Assembly (NCBI GenBank): GCA_963827655.1
Contig: CAWHCF010000008.1
Coordinates: 96,001-160,000 of the forward strand
DNA: 64,000 nt
Reading direction: 5' to 3'
DNA from: an uncultured Acidobacteriota bacterium
Lineage (GTDB): Bacteria > Acidobacteriota > UBA6911
This document shows, piece after piece, positions 8,915-20,540 of this stretch (positions are counted from its first letter, which is position 1; every line of letters starts with the position of its first letter). A model generated the notes under the pieces. That model was not told the origin of the DNA. It saw nothing but the letters and a program-made list of their open reading frames with translations, and did no database searches. The position numbers and the translations under genes are program-made.

Positions 8915-9207
8915 ACGGCGCCTGGACGCATCCGCTATCGAAAACGTGGCCCCCCCTGGGACCTTCCGGAAGTGGGTGCACCGGGAGCGGCACAGGCGAA
9001 TTAGGCTTGCTTCTCCAACCCTCTCGAGATAGAAATGCTTATCCATTTCCGACTGGGAGGTATCGACCAGTAAAGATACTTGAAGCGCCGTAAGTCGGCG
9101 GGTGAGGTAGCATCCCAGCGTCTCGCCAACCCGTCGATGGGCCAGGGCACTTCCGATGGCGTCGGGGATCCCATGATGCCCATCAAGACCTGCCGCAAGC
9201 CTTTATT

Positions 9208-9828
9208 ATGAAAACCGACCCTCTCCCGCGCGATGACCGACTGAAAAGCGAGTACGAGGCGAGCGACGCCCTCGTCGCGTTGCGGCGACCCCCCGCCCGG
9301 TCATTGCGAGGGGCCTGTCGTGAGCTGGGTGCTGCCTTGACCAGCACCAAGCGGCCGCAGGTCAAGGAGGCAGGGGCCGCGATCCTGGGGTTGCTTTCGA
9401 AATTCTATGGGGTCCGCGCCCCTGGTCTCCGGGTGTTGGGCCTTCGTCCCCGCAACGATCACGAAGGTATTATTTACGAGCTCTTTGGTGACTATGACTA
9501 CAAGACCCAAATGATTCGCGTGTGGATGCGGACCGCCGTGCTGGGCAAGGTCACCAGCCACCGGGGGCTGTTGAACACGCTGCTCCACGAATTCTGCCAT
9601 CATCTCGATCGGAAGCTGCTCGGATACCCCAACTCAATGCATACCCGCGGCTTCTTCCACCGGGTCGATGGCCTTTACCATTTGGCCTTGGGGACCCCGG
9701 TGGATCAGCGAATTCCGTTGCCGTGGATCAAGAGCGGATCGGTCTGGCGGCTCGATTGGGGGAAAATTCACGCCCTCAAGCGTCGACGCCCGGCAGGCGC
9801 ACGCAAGCGGCCGCCAATCGGACGATGA
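9208..9828 (+). CDS. Hypothetical SprT-like zinc metalloprotein
   Basis: TLLHEFCHHLD (HExxH) followed by HTRGF. Confidence 0.65.
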   Translation: MKTDPLPRDDRLKSEYEASDALVALRRPPARSLRGACRELGAALTSTKRPQVKEAGAAILGLLSKFYGVRAPGLRVLGLRPRNDHEGIIYELFGDYDYKTQMIRVWMRTAVLGKVTSHRGLLNTLLHEFCHHLDRKLLGYPNSMHTRGFFHRVDGLYHLALGTPVDQRIPLPWIKSGSVWRLDWGKIHALKRRRPAGARKRPPIGR

Positions 9829-9857
9829 TCCTCGGGGAACTCCTCAAATAAGGATTG

Positions 9858-10793
9858 TCACTTGCGGTTGACGATCCGTTCAACGTACCAGCTCAGAAAG
9901 TCGTCGGTTCGGATCGAAGTGGCGACTCTGGCGTTCGGTTGCCCGTCCCTCTCTCGTGTAAAGCCTTCCGCATCCACCTCCAGCCGGAGTTCCTCTATAC
10001 GACAGAAAGCCTCGTGAAAGCTAAGAGTCACGGCGACGGGATCGAACAATGTTGGCCGGACCTTGCCCCAGAGCTTGTAAAGCGCGTGGACTTGCGCGGT
10101 CAGCGGAGTCCCGGCGCCAAAGATGCGTTCGAGCATCGGCTGCTCCAGCTTCAGCATCGTCGTGGCGTCAAGCGGAGCCACCAGGAGCGGCACCCCCGAT
10201 CGGAAAACGACCTGCGCCGCCTTGATGTCCGAGCGTATGTTCCACTCCCAGACGACCGGCGGTTTTGCGTCGTAGCCGACGCGAACGGCGCCGCCCATGA
10301 TAACGATCCGCTTGATCCAGGGTTTGGCTTCGGGATGATCCGTGATCAGCTGGCCGACGTTGGTAAGATCTCCAATCGTCACGAGCGTTATTCTGCCCGG
10401 CTCGGCTTGAAGTTTCTTGTACATGAACTCAGGGGCCAACTCCGGTAAGGGCCTGTTCGGGAAGCCGGCCTCGAGTCCATACTGATATTGGCCCTTCTGC
10501 TCCGGTTGCTGCCGTTGCGGGCGCCCGGGCGCGACGGGAACGTCTCCGCGCCCGGCATGATGCAGCATGCGACAGGCGATCAGCGCCCGCCCGTAGGCAT
10601 CGGCGCTCACGGTTGTGACACCCCGCAACTCGATCTCAGGGCTGGCCAGCGCCAGCGCCAGGGCGAACGCGTCATCGATATCCGTGCCGATATCGGTGTC
10701 GAGGATTATCGGCATTTTCTGCGCGTAAGCCTCAGTGCCAGAAAGCAGCAGCAAAAACGTCGTGGCCGCCCAAAGGCAGGTCCTTCCAGTCAC
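9858..10793 (-). CDS. Nucleoside hydrolase (IU-NH family) with predicted signal peptide
   Basis: DTDIGTDIDDAFAL Asp-rich motif, IMGG, EWNIRSD. Hydrophobic leader ends in AYA. GTG start with GGAG ribosome-binding site. Confidence 0.85.
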   Translation of the reverse strand: MTGRTCLWAATTFLLLLSGTEAYAQKMPIILDTDIGTDIDDAFALALALASPEIELRGVTTVSADAYGRALIACRMLHHAGRGDVPVAPGRPQRQQPEQKGQYQYGLEAGFPNRPLPELAPEFMYKKLQAEPGRITLVTIGDLTNVGQLITDHPEAKPWIKRIVIMGGAVRVGYDAKPPVVWEWNIRSDIKAAQVVFRSGVPLLVAPLDATTMLKLEQPMLERIFGAGTPLTAQVHALYKLWGKVRPTLFDPVAVTLSFHEAFCRIEELRLEVDAEGFTRERDGQPNARVATSIRTDDFLSWYVERIVNRK

Positions 10794-10910
10794 TTCCTCT
10801 CCAGAGCATGACGTAGGATGCGCCGACTTGCATGCGGCGCGTCCGTCGGGGCCGGCGCGATTCAAGAGGACTTCCCCGGCCGCCCGGGAATTCCTGGATC
10901 CGCCGCAAGT

Positions 10911-13900
10911 CTACCAGGTCAATCGAAGGGTCACCTGCGTCTCCCGGGCGCCCTGACCCGAATTGAATGTACTTAGAACTCCGTCTCCGCCGATGCTGTT
11001 GGGATTGCCGGGACGGTTCAAAATATTGAAGAAGTCGGCGTTGATGCGCATCACCAATCGTTCGTTGATAGGAATCGCTTTGAATAGCGAGGCATCCAGG
11101 CCCCACTGCCGCACGCCGGGAAAATACTGCTGTCGCCAGGGATGCAAACCGCTACCGCGCGTAGGTGGTTTGTCGCACGGTGCCGTTGTTCAGAGGGACC
11201 CAGACTGTGCTGGTATCCCAAAAGGGGACCAGACTCCCTCCTGGGAAGTTTGGCGGTGGCGTGGTGCTGCCCGCCGGGATCAGGGGTTGGCCGGCAGGCC
11301 TGTAGTCGGAGGGCACCCCCATGACGCCATTCGGCCGCCCATTGGCATCGACGCTGTTGATCCGATTGGCCGGGATGTAACCATTCCACCACAGATAACC
11401 GGGGCGGCAGGAACCGGAGCGGCAGTCCTGAATCGGGTACTTGTAGCCGTAAATCTCAATGTCGTTCCCGGTCGGCCAGACGTTGGTGGGCAGGCTGAAG
11501 TAATTGCTCCGTAACTGGCCGAGACCCGCAACCTGCCAGCCTCCGATGAACGCGTTGAGCAGTCCGCCGGCGTTGCCGCCGATCGGCTTTCCTCTGCCGA
11601 ACGGCAAATCGGCGATCCAGTTCCAGCGCAAACGATGCTTGGGAATGGTGATATCCCGCTGGTAATTGTAGAGCCGCGTGCGCTGCTCGATGTCGGTGGG
11701 CACCGTGCCTGGAAGGAACTGATTCAGCTCGGGAATGATGGAGCTGGCGTTGTATCCGGTGCCGCCGGCCACCAGGGTGTTGTTCAGGTTGTAGAAAACC
11801 TGGAAGGCGATTCCTTCGCTGTAGCGGCGTTCCAGCTCCAACTGAATGCCCTGGTAATTGGACCACCCCGTCTTGCGGTATTCCTCAATAGTTCCGTAGA
11901 CTTCCTGGTCAAACGGCCGCCGCAGGACATTCGAGTACGCGCCGGTCGGCAAGGGCTCACCCTGGGTCACGAACCAGATGTAGTCGGGCGTGTTCTCGTT
12001 GTAGCGGAAATACATGTCGAGGCGCCCGGTGTGGTTGCCGACATAGGAGGCGCGCGCCACCGTGTTGCGCATCACCTCTGTTTCCAGCGTGAAGTTCCAG
12101 TCCTGCACGCGCGAGTCCGGCTGGTTGGGAGCGAAATAGCTCATGACATTCCCGCCGCGGGCCAATCGAGGCGGCATCCGCGAGACTGACCGCATCGCGG
12201 CTGTTCTGGCCGGAAAAGATGGTTTGAACGCTGCGCATGCCGTAATTAGAGATGCCATCCGGCGTCAGGGTGGGGTCGTTGAGATCGTTTCGGAAGCGGG
12301 CGGTGAAGGGGATGTTCTGCCGCATTCTCTGGCCCCAGGTCCAGAATGGGATCGGGAAATATGAGATTCGGTATCCCCCGCGGATCACAACGGTGCGATC
12401 GCCGTCCCCTAAGCGGTAGGCCAAGCCCAGGCGCGGCCCAAAATTGTTCCGGTTGGGCTTGAGTAGACTTCGTGGCAACCCCGCTTCCTGGTAGGTGATG
12501 AAGTTGACCCCCAGCGACTGCCAGCGGTCAACAACCGCAGGCAGGGTGCCCCCCAGCCGATACATCGTGTCGAGATCCTGGGTCAGCACCACGGCTTTGC
12601 GCTGGGGATCGAAGCCGCTCAGCATGTCGTTCTTCTCGGTATAGGGCGGCCAATATTCCCAGCGCAGCCCCAGATTCAACGTGAGGCGAGGGCTGACCTT
12701 GTAGTTGTCCTGGAAGTAGAGGGCGAATTCCTGGGTTCGCATGTAAAAGTAGTTGCGCACGAGTTGATTGGAGTAGTTCATCGACCCCAGAAACATGTTG
12801 GCGAGATTGTGGCCCGTGAAGGGAAGGGGCAGGGGGTCGGTGCGGGAGCTGGATGGATCATACAGCGCGGTTGCGCGAGTGTTCCAGCTGTGGTTGCCCT
12901 GGGGGTGCTGCTGGTCGGGAAGATAGTTCAACCAGTCGTAGCGGTAATGGAGGCCAAACTGGAGCTCGTGCTTGCCCCGGATCTTCGTGGCATTGTTGTC
13001 GAGGATGAAGTGGGTAAAGGCCGATCCCTGCGGGTTGCCGGTCTCAAAATAGTATTGATTCAGACCGGTGTCGTAGAGCCCCGGCCAACCAGGCACGCCG
13101 AAGGGGTTTGACGTTCCTATCTGATCCGCATACTTGACCCCTGGTTGGCCCGTGCTGTCGGTCCAACCCTCGTGGGAGACGCTCAGCAGCAGGTCATTGA
13201 AAAAGGTAGGAGAAAACGTCCTCACCCATGAGAGGGCCGTGGCGTTGTTGGGGGCCGTGTTGAACACCGTGCCGGCCACGCGGTCGGAGGTGGGTACCGT
13301 TCCAAAGGGGTACCGAAACTGTTCGTCGTTCCCTTTGGTGAAACGCAGGTACGTTTGATCCTTATCGGAAAAACGGTGGTCGAGCCGTCCGGTGATCGTC
13401 CACTGTTCCTGGGTAAAAGGGGATGGGCCCACCCAGTTGCTGTCCACCAGCGGGTTGACGCTGGTGTGCGTGGGCAATGGTGAGATGCTTAGCAGGTACT
13501 TGGACAGCGGGCTGAGGCGCGCCGGATCGATCACGTTCAGGTCGCCACGGTAGGAAATCTGCTGCCGTGCCCAGCTTTGCGGGTCGGTAGTGAGCGGGTC
13601 GTAGATCAGGAACTGGCGACCCTGGGAATCCATCAGGTTGCGGAAGTCTCCATTACGCATGGCCTCGGTCGGCACCGATCCGCTCCTGGTAGAAGACTCT
13701 ACCCGTCGCAACCCCTCGTAAGCGAAGAACCAGAAGGACCGGTCCTTGCCGTTGTACAACCACGGAATCCGGATGGGACCGCCCGAGGAGACGCCGAACT
13801 CGTTGCGAATCAACTGCGGCGGCTTGCTATAGAAATCTTCCCGCCGTCGCGCCTTGCCAAAGGAATTGTTGCGGTGAGTTTCGAAGGCTGAGCCGTGAAT

Positions 13901-14617
13901 GGTGTTCGTGCCGCTGCGCGTGGAGAGAACGACGGTCGTCGGGCGATTGAATCTGGCCGAAGAGTTGTTGTTCTCGACCCTGAATTCCTCGATGGTGTCC
14001 AGGCCGGGCGGACGGCGGAAGGCGGCGCTGCCCCACAGCCGGTCGCTGATACTCGCGCCATCCAGCACGTACTCGCTGGAGCCGTCTCGCAGCCCGAAGG
14101 CGCGGTCGCCTTCCATGCCAGGAACCGTCTGGAGCAGGCTGCTGACGAAACGCCCGTTGATCGGCAACTGCTCGATCCGGTTGCGCTCCAGCACATGGCC
14201 CAGCGTCGGGTTGGAGCTCGTCACCATGGGGGTCAAGTCCTCGACAACAACTGTCGTCAGTGTCTCCCCGATTTCGAGTGCCGGGTCAATCACGGCCGGC
14301 TGCTGTACTTGCACCGTCAGGGTTGCTTCGAAGTTCCGCATGCCCGGGGCTTCAGCGGTCAGGCGATAACGCCCAGGCACTACGCCTGCAAAGATGTAAA
14401 AGCCGGCCTCGTTGGTGGTGGTTCGCGATATCACGCCGGTAGCCGTGTTGGTCAGCGCAACCGCAGCCTTGGCGATCACGGCCTGTGTCCGGTCGCGGAC
14501 CGTTCCGCTTACCGTGGTTGTGCTGGACTGCGGCCACACCGGAACTGCCAGCAGAGTAACCAGCAGGCAACCCAAAACCCACGTGTGAAGGAACAGGTTT
14601 CTGATGTCTCTTTTCAT
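10911..14617 (-). CDS. Oar-like TonB-dependent receptor with carboxypeptidase-regulatory-like N-domain (apparent frameshifts near 12160 and 11150)
   Basis: Signal peptide, SGTVRDRTQAVI, IEQLPINGR, RSGTN..HGS, YFQDNYKVSPRLTLNLGLRWEY, NFGPRLGLAY and C-terminal RETQVTLRLTW, spread over three frames. Confidence 0.9.
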
Positions 14618-15091
14618 GTGTGTACCCTTCCTTTCGGCGATCGCTCGAGTTAAGAAACATTCCGGTAGGGCTTCTCTTCCACTCCCAGCGCGGTGACGCT
14701 GGACAATTTGAGATGTTTTGGCCGCCCGGATCCGGTGGGGACAGTAAGTGGGCTGCGTTTCTTCCACCGTCGTCGATCCGCACTTCCTGGGTGCCTCGAC
14801 CGGCTCCAGCTTGCGGCCTTCTCGATGAGTTCGCGCCTCTTTGATTACGCCTGGCGAGGTTTTCGTCATATCGCCGGTCTGATGTATGGTAGTCCGATGT
14901 GGAAACACACTAGCACAATTCTACAGAAAAATGTTGTAGCACGTCGTTTCGGTGTCCGCTCTTGGAGGTGATTCGCGAGTCAACGGTGTGAACGGTGCCC
15001 TCGCCCGCTAGTAGTGCGGCTGCTCCTGAATTGAGGTGCTGGATAAAGGCCGTCATCCCGCAGTTCGGCTTACCTCCGCTACCAAGCCCTT

Positions 15092-15142
15092 CACTTGCGC
15101 CACGCCGCCATCTACAAACAATTCCGTTTCCGTTATGTAGCT
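15092..15142 (-). pseudogene. Relic C-terminus of an SDR oxidoreductase
   Basis: Minus strand reads SYITETELFVDGGVAQV, matching the SDR terminal pattern S-Y-I-T-G-x-x-L-x-V-D-G-G. No upstream SDR sequence. Confidence 0.55.
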
Positions 15143-15504
15143 ACGTTCGTTAAGTCCTGGCGCTGAGGCTACTGGTGCACATGAAGGTAAGACAATCAGG
15201 CGGACTGCGGCTCGGGCACGTTCGCGTCCAGAGTCAGAAGTTTGGACGCGAGAACGGGGGTGGCCGAATAGCCGGGGTCGTGCTGATCAAGAGACGGCGC
15301 AGATCGAGCGCGTCCCCAGCGAGCCATCAAGACTTACTTACCATTGTACTGGTAGAATGAAGCGGCGTTGGCCGCTCCCAGATTATGTTTGGGCTTGATT
15401 CACTGCCACGAGCCGTTGCTGAAAACCAGTGGAATGTACGACGCTGAGGGGCGTTTGGTAGAACGGGCAAGAAGCCGCCCGAATTCGGCTAGCGGTAAGG
15501 AATT

Positions 15505-16116
15505 ATGGGCAAGAGTCGCCTGGAAGCATTCAGTGATGGGGTTCTCGCGATCATCATCACGATCATGGTGCTGGAAATGAAGGCGCCGCATAGCGCTGAT
15601 ATCAATGCGCTGCGCCCGCTGCTGCCGGTCTTTCTCAGCTATCTGTTGAGCTTCGTCTATCTGGGCATCTACTGGAGCAATCACCACCACATGTTGCATA
15701 GCGTTCAATATGTGAGCGGTGGAATCTTGTGGGCTAATCTTCACCTGCTGTTCTGGCTATCGCTGGTTCCGTTCGCTACGGCATGGATGGGTGAGAACAA
15801 TTTTGCGGCGGCGCCGACCGCCCTCTATGGCTTGAATTTATCGTTGGCAGCCATCGCATATTTGATCCTGCAGCGCACGATCATCGCGCGGCAAGGGCGC
15901 GCCTCCCTGCTCGCGGTGGCTGTCGGTCGCGACGTTAAGGGCAAACTGTCGTTTACGCTTTACATCATCGCTATTGCGGCGACAACTGTCGCGCCTTGGA
16001 TCGCGTGGACGCTCTACGTCGCCGTTGCGCTCATGTGGCTGATTCCTGACCGCCGCATCGAGCGAACGCTGGTCGAGCGCACCGAACCCGAGCGGGAACG
16101 GCTGAAAAACGACTGA
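15505..16116 (+). CDS. TMEM175 (DUF1211) family K+ channel
   Basis: RLEAFSDGVLAIIITIMVLE signature, YWSNHH, LVPFATAWMG; six hydrophobic segments. Confidence 0.9.
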   Translation: MGKSRLEAFSDGVLAIIITIMVLEMKAPHSADINALRPLLPVFLSYLLSFVYLGIYWSNHHHMLHSVQYVSGGILWANLHLLFWLSLVPFATAWMGENNFAAAPTALYGLNLSLAAIAYLILQRTIIARQGRASLLAVAVGRDVKGKLSFTLYIIAIAATTVAPWIAWTLYVAVALMWLIPDRRIERTLVERTEPERERLKND

Positions 16117-16145
16117 GGTCGTAACCCTGGCTTTGTCTTCTCCGG

Positions 16146-17875
16146 TCAGTTCTTCACCGTCTCTCGCAGGACTTCATCCAGAGTAGTGACACCGGATTTG
16201 ATTTTCGCGAGCCCGCTCTGCCGGAGAGTGAGCATCCCCTCTTGGACTGCGCGTCGCTTGATTTCGCGCGCCGGAGCACCGGCCAGGATGAGGTCCTGGA
16301 TATCCTCGGAAATCTCCATGACTTCGTACAGCCCGACTCGCCCTTTGTAACCGGTGCCGTTGCAAGTGCGGCAGCCTTCGCCCCGGAACGTCTGTATCGG
16401 CCCGGCTTCTTCAGGTGAAAACCCGACGTCTATGAGTGTCTGGATCGGGGTTTTTATTTCAGTTTTACACTCGTTGCATATTCTCCGGATCAATCGTTGC
16501 GCGCAGATCAAGTGGACGGACGTGGCAACCAGAAAAGGTTCGATGCCCATGTTTAACAAGCGCGTGATCGTCGAAGGGGCATCGTTGGTGTGGACGCTGG
16601 AGAGCACGAGGTGGCCGGTCAACGCGGCTTTGATTGCGATCTCCATGGTCTCGACATCGCGAATCTCACCGACCAGGATAACGTTCGGGTCCTGCCTGAG
16701 GAACGACCGCAGGGCAGCGGCGAAAGTCAGGCCGATCTGCTCCTTGATTTGAACCTGGTTGATTCCTTCGAAATTGTATTCGATCGGATCCTCGGCCGTT
16801 ATTATGTTGGTTTCCGGCGTATTCAGGCGGTTTAACGCGGAATAGAGGGTGGAGGTTTTTCCGCTTCCCGTCGGACCTGCGACCAGGACCATGCCATAGG
16901 GTTTCAATATTCCGGTCTCGACACGCTTCAAGGAGGTGTCCTCGAATCCAAGCTTGGACATGTCGAGCGGCAGCGTGTCTCGGTCCAGGATGCGCATGAC
17001 AATGGTTTCGCCAAACAGCGTCGGGAGCGACGAGACCCGATAGTCAATCTCTTTCCTCTTCGAGTTGAAGCTGGTCCGTATCTTGATCCGGCCATCCTGG
17101 GGCAGCCGTTTTTCCGAGATATCCATCTTGGCCATGATCTTGATGCGCGAGGCCAGGGCGTCCCTCAGGCGGAGAGGGGGGGTCATGATATTGCACAGCT
17201 GGCCGTCGATGCGGAACCTCACCCGGAGCTCTCTTTCATAGGGCTCGATGTGGATGTCGCTCGCGCCTTTCCGCAAAGAGTCGGACAGGATGAGGTTGAC
17301 CAGTTTGATGATGGGGGCCTCTTCGCTGGAGCCCTGGAGCTGGTCAATGGAAGCCTCTCCTGAAGCCCCGCTTCCAGGTCGAGCTCGAAGCCTCCTTCTC
17401 TCTCGACCTGAGCGAACTCTTCATAAACTTTCTTGAGCTCCAGGGCGTGAGGCGTTCCGTAGTACTTCTCCAGGGCTTCCCGGATTGAGGCCTCCGACGC
17501 GACCACTGGCTCCACGTTGAGTCCAGTCAAGAACTTGATGTCGTCCATCGCCAGGACGTTCCTTGGATCGGCCGTCGCGATCGTCAGAGTGCTCCCGGCC
17601 CTGCTGAGCGGGATCACAAGATATTTCTGCGCCGTTTCTATCGGAATAAGCTTGATGAGCGAAGGATCGACGTCGAAGTACGCCAGATTGATGGATGGCA
17701 CGCCGTAGTGCCGGCTCAGTACCGAGGTAACGTCGTCATCGTCGACAAAACCCATGTCGATCAATATAGAACCAACCCGGCCGCCGCGATGGCGCTGGCG
17801 CGTCAGAGCCGCATCCAGCTGCTCGCGGGTGATGAAGTTATCTTTTATGAGGAGCTCACCTATCTGCGAGGGCAT
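16146..17875 (-). CDS. pilB: Type IV pilus assembly ATPase PilB (apparent frameshift near 17368)
   Basis: MshEN-like start IGELLIKDNFITREQLDAAL, then GASDIHIEP, GPTGSGKTSTLY, LRQDPNVILVGEIRD, Zn-binding CxxC pairs and GVTTLDEVLRET. Confidence 0.95.
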
Positions 17876-17877
17876 GG

Positions 17878-18738
17878 CTATGAGTTACGCCACAGAATAT
17901 CGGCGGCGGTGCTCACAAACAACAGGACGCTGATCCAGCCGTTTACCGTAAAAAAGGCCGTATTGATGCGGCTCAGATCGGTCGGTTTAACCAGGATGTG
18001 CTCGTAGGCAAGAAGGACCGCTACTATCCCGAGACCGATGAGGCTCAGGCTTCCCAATCCCTCGCGCCAGAAGAGAAGCGCCAGTAGCGCGATCATCACC
18101 GCATGAAGAATCGCTGAAATCAGCAGCGCGCGCGGAATTCCGAACCGTTCGGGAATGGAGTGCAAAGCTTCCTTGCGATCGAATGCGACGTCCTGACAGG
18201 CATAGAGGACATCGAGCCCAGCTACCCAGAGAGCGACTGCCAGTCCCAGGATCAGCGGCGCCGGAGTAATGTCTCCGCGGATGGCGATCCAAGCGCCTAC
18301 GGGCGCGCAAGCCAGGGAGAGACCAAGCAAAACATGCGTCGCCCAGGTGAATCGCTTGGTGTACGAATAGAAAAAGATGAGGGCCAGCGCGAGCGGGCTC
18401 AGCGCCAACGTAAGCCTGTTCAGCCTGAACGCCGCGAACAGGAATAGCACGGATGCCGCACAAACGAACACGATGACGAAAGCTCTGCTGACGGCTCCCT
18501 GCGGAAGAGCGCGGGTGGCGGTTCGAGGGTTTCTCGCATCGAAAGGCGTATCCACCAATCGGTTGAATGCCATGGCGGCACTGCGCGCGCCGACCATCGC
18601 GAGCAAGATCCAGCCGGCCTTATCCGCCCGGGGCAGCCCCCTCGCCGCCAGGAATGCGCCCATGAACGCAAAAGGGAGAGCAAAGATCGTATGTTCGATC
18701 TTTATCATCTCCAGAGTGATTCTTAGTTTTCTGAACAC
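17878..18738 (-). CDS. mqnP: UbiA-family prenyltransferase, MqnP-like (futalosine menaquinone pathway)
   Basis: [49 protein letters not shown] and AFFTVNG motifs. Confidence 0.8.
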   Translation of the reverse strand: MFRKLRITLEMIKIEHTIFALPFAFMGAFLAARGLPRADKAGWILLAMVGARSAAMAFNRLVDTPFDARNPRTATRALPQGAVSRAFVIVFVCAASVLFLFAAFRLNRLTLALSPLALALIFFYSYTKRFTWATHVLLGLSLACAPVGAWIAIRGDITPAPLILGLAVALWVAGLDVLYACQDVAFDRKEALHSIPERFGIPRALLISAILHAVMIALLALLFWREGLGSLSLIGLGIVAVLLAYEHILVKPTDLSRINTAFFTVNGWISVLLFVSTAADILWRNS

Positions 18739-18955
18739 TCGAATCGTCGGAGCAGGAAAGGCGGCGAATTGAATTTCATCACCTGTCACCAGATGCCGAT
18801 CGGTTAGGATAGCAAAAGCGAGAGCGATTACAATTGCGTTTCTTTGCGTCTCCGGGAGTCTTTTCTCGCGAACAAATCCAGCGGAGAGCTCGGAGACGCA
18901 AAGGAGCACTTGCAAACCGAGGGAACCCTTCGCTAGCCTATGGCAGGGGGCGCTT

Positions 18956-20540
18956 GTGTCGTCTTATGACTCGATCCGGATGGAAATCTTTAAATCGCTG
19001 TACGCCTCGGTGGCGGAGGAGATGGGCGTTACTTTGCGGCGCACGGCATTCTCGCCCAACATCAAGGAGCGAAGGGACTATTCCTGCGCGATTTTCAACG
19101 GCTCCGGCGACCTTGTGGCGCAAGGGGACCACATGCCGGTGCACCTCGGCTCGATGCCGATGTCGGTCCGCGCTGCAGTCGATGCCGTTCCCATGGCCGC
19201 CGGTGACATCGTTTTCCTCAACGATCCTTACGAAGGGGGCACCCATTTGCCGGACATCACGCTGGTGAGCCCCGTGTTCGGCCCGGATAAGGAGAAAGCC
19301 GTTTTTTATGTGGCCAACCGCGCCCACCATTCCGATATAGGCGGAATGAGTCCCGGCTCCATGCCGCTGAGCACCGAAATCTTTCAGGAAGGCCTGCGGA
19401 TCCCACCGATCAAGCTTTTCTCCGGTGGTAAACGCTCGGAGGCTGTTTTCCGGCTTCTGCTCGCCAATGTGCGAACCCCTCGAGAGCGCGAGGGTGATCT
19501 CACAGCGCAGATTGCAGCCAATTGCACGGGAGAAAGAAGACTGCTCCAGATCTTGTCGCGCTACGGCAGTGATGCGATGCGCTATGCAAATCATCTTCAG
19601 GATTATTCAGAGCGGATAGTGCGGGCTTTTCTTCGGCAGATCCCCGACGGAAGCTATACCGCCGAGGACTACCTGGATGACGACGGGATTCAGTCGAAGC
19701 CAATCAAAATCTGTGCGCGCCTGACAATTCGAGCCGGCGCTCTCGAGGTCGACTTTTCAGGCACAGATCCCCAGGTTGCCGGCAGTGTCAATGCTGTCTA
19801 CGCGATTACCATGTCGGCTGTTTACTACGTAGTTCGGGCGCTGATTCCGGATTCCATACCGGCAAGCGCAGGGGTGCTTCGGCCGGTCCGGATTCGGGTG
19901 CCCGAAGGCAGTGTGGTTCATGCGCGTTTTCCGGCTGCAGTGGCGGCGGGGAACGTCGAGACCTCGCAGCGGATCGTGGATGTGCTGCTCAAAGCTTTCG
20001 CCCGCGCAATTCCGGAACGTGTACCGGCCGCGAGCAGCGGAACCATGAATAACCTCACGTTGGGCGGTATCGATCCCAGAAACGGAGCCATCTTTTCCTA
20101 CTATGAGACGATCGCGGGGGGGATGGGAGCGTGCTCGGCCGGCAGCGGGAACAACGGCATCCACACCCATATGACCAACTCGCTCAACACTCCGATCGAG
20201 GCGCTCGAATACGCCTTTCCTTTTCGTGTGACGCAGTATCGTTTGCGCCCGGGATCGGGAGGAAGAGGCAGGCATCGCGGGAGGCGACGGCATCATTCGG
20301 GAGTTAGAGCTTCTGACTGGCGTGGATGCCACGATTCTGTCCGATCGCCGGCGCATCCCGCCTTACGGGATCGCCGGGGGCGAACCTGGAAAATGCGGCC
20401 GTACGACAGTGATCAACGGACGGCGCCGGCGCCGCCTCAACTCCAAACAGCGTTTCCGGGTTGAGGCCGGCGAGCGGCTCCGGGTGGAAACACCCGGGGG
20501 TGGCGGTTGGGGACCGCGCCGTCGGAAAGGAAAACGGTGA
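18956..20540 (+). CDS. Hydantoinase B / 5-oxoprolinase family protein (apparent frameshift near 20280)
   Basis: [57 protein letters not shown] and terminal TPGGGGWG. Confidence 0.92.

Noticed and set aside
14618-15500. Riboswitch or ncRNA upstream of the TonB receptor
   Set aside because: I could not recognise cobalamin, TPP or other consensus blocks by eye. An Rfam scan would be needed to exclude one.
8074-16526. pilB repeat pair as a diversity-generating retroelement TR/VR
   Set aside because: Mismatches are mixed transitions and transversions rather than adenine-specific, and no reverse transcriptase is present.
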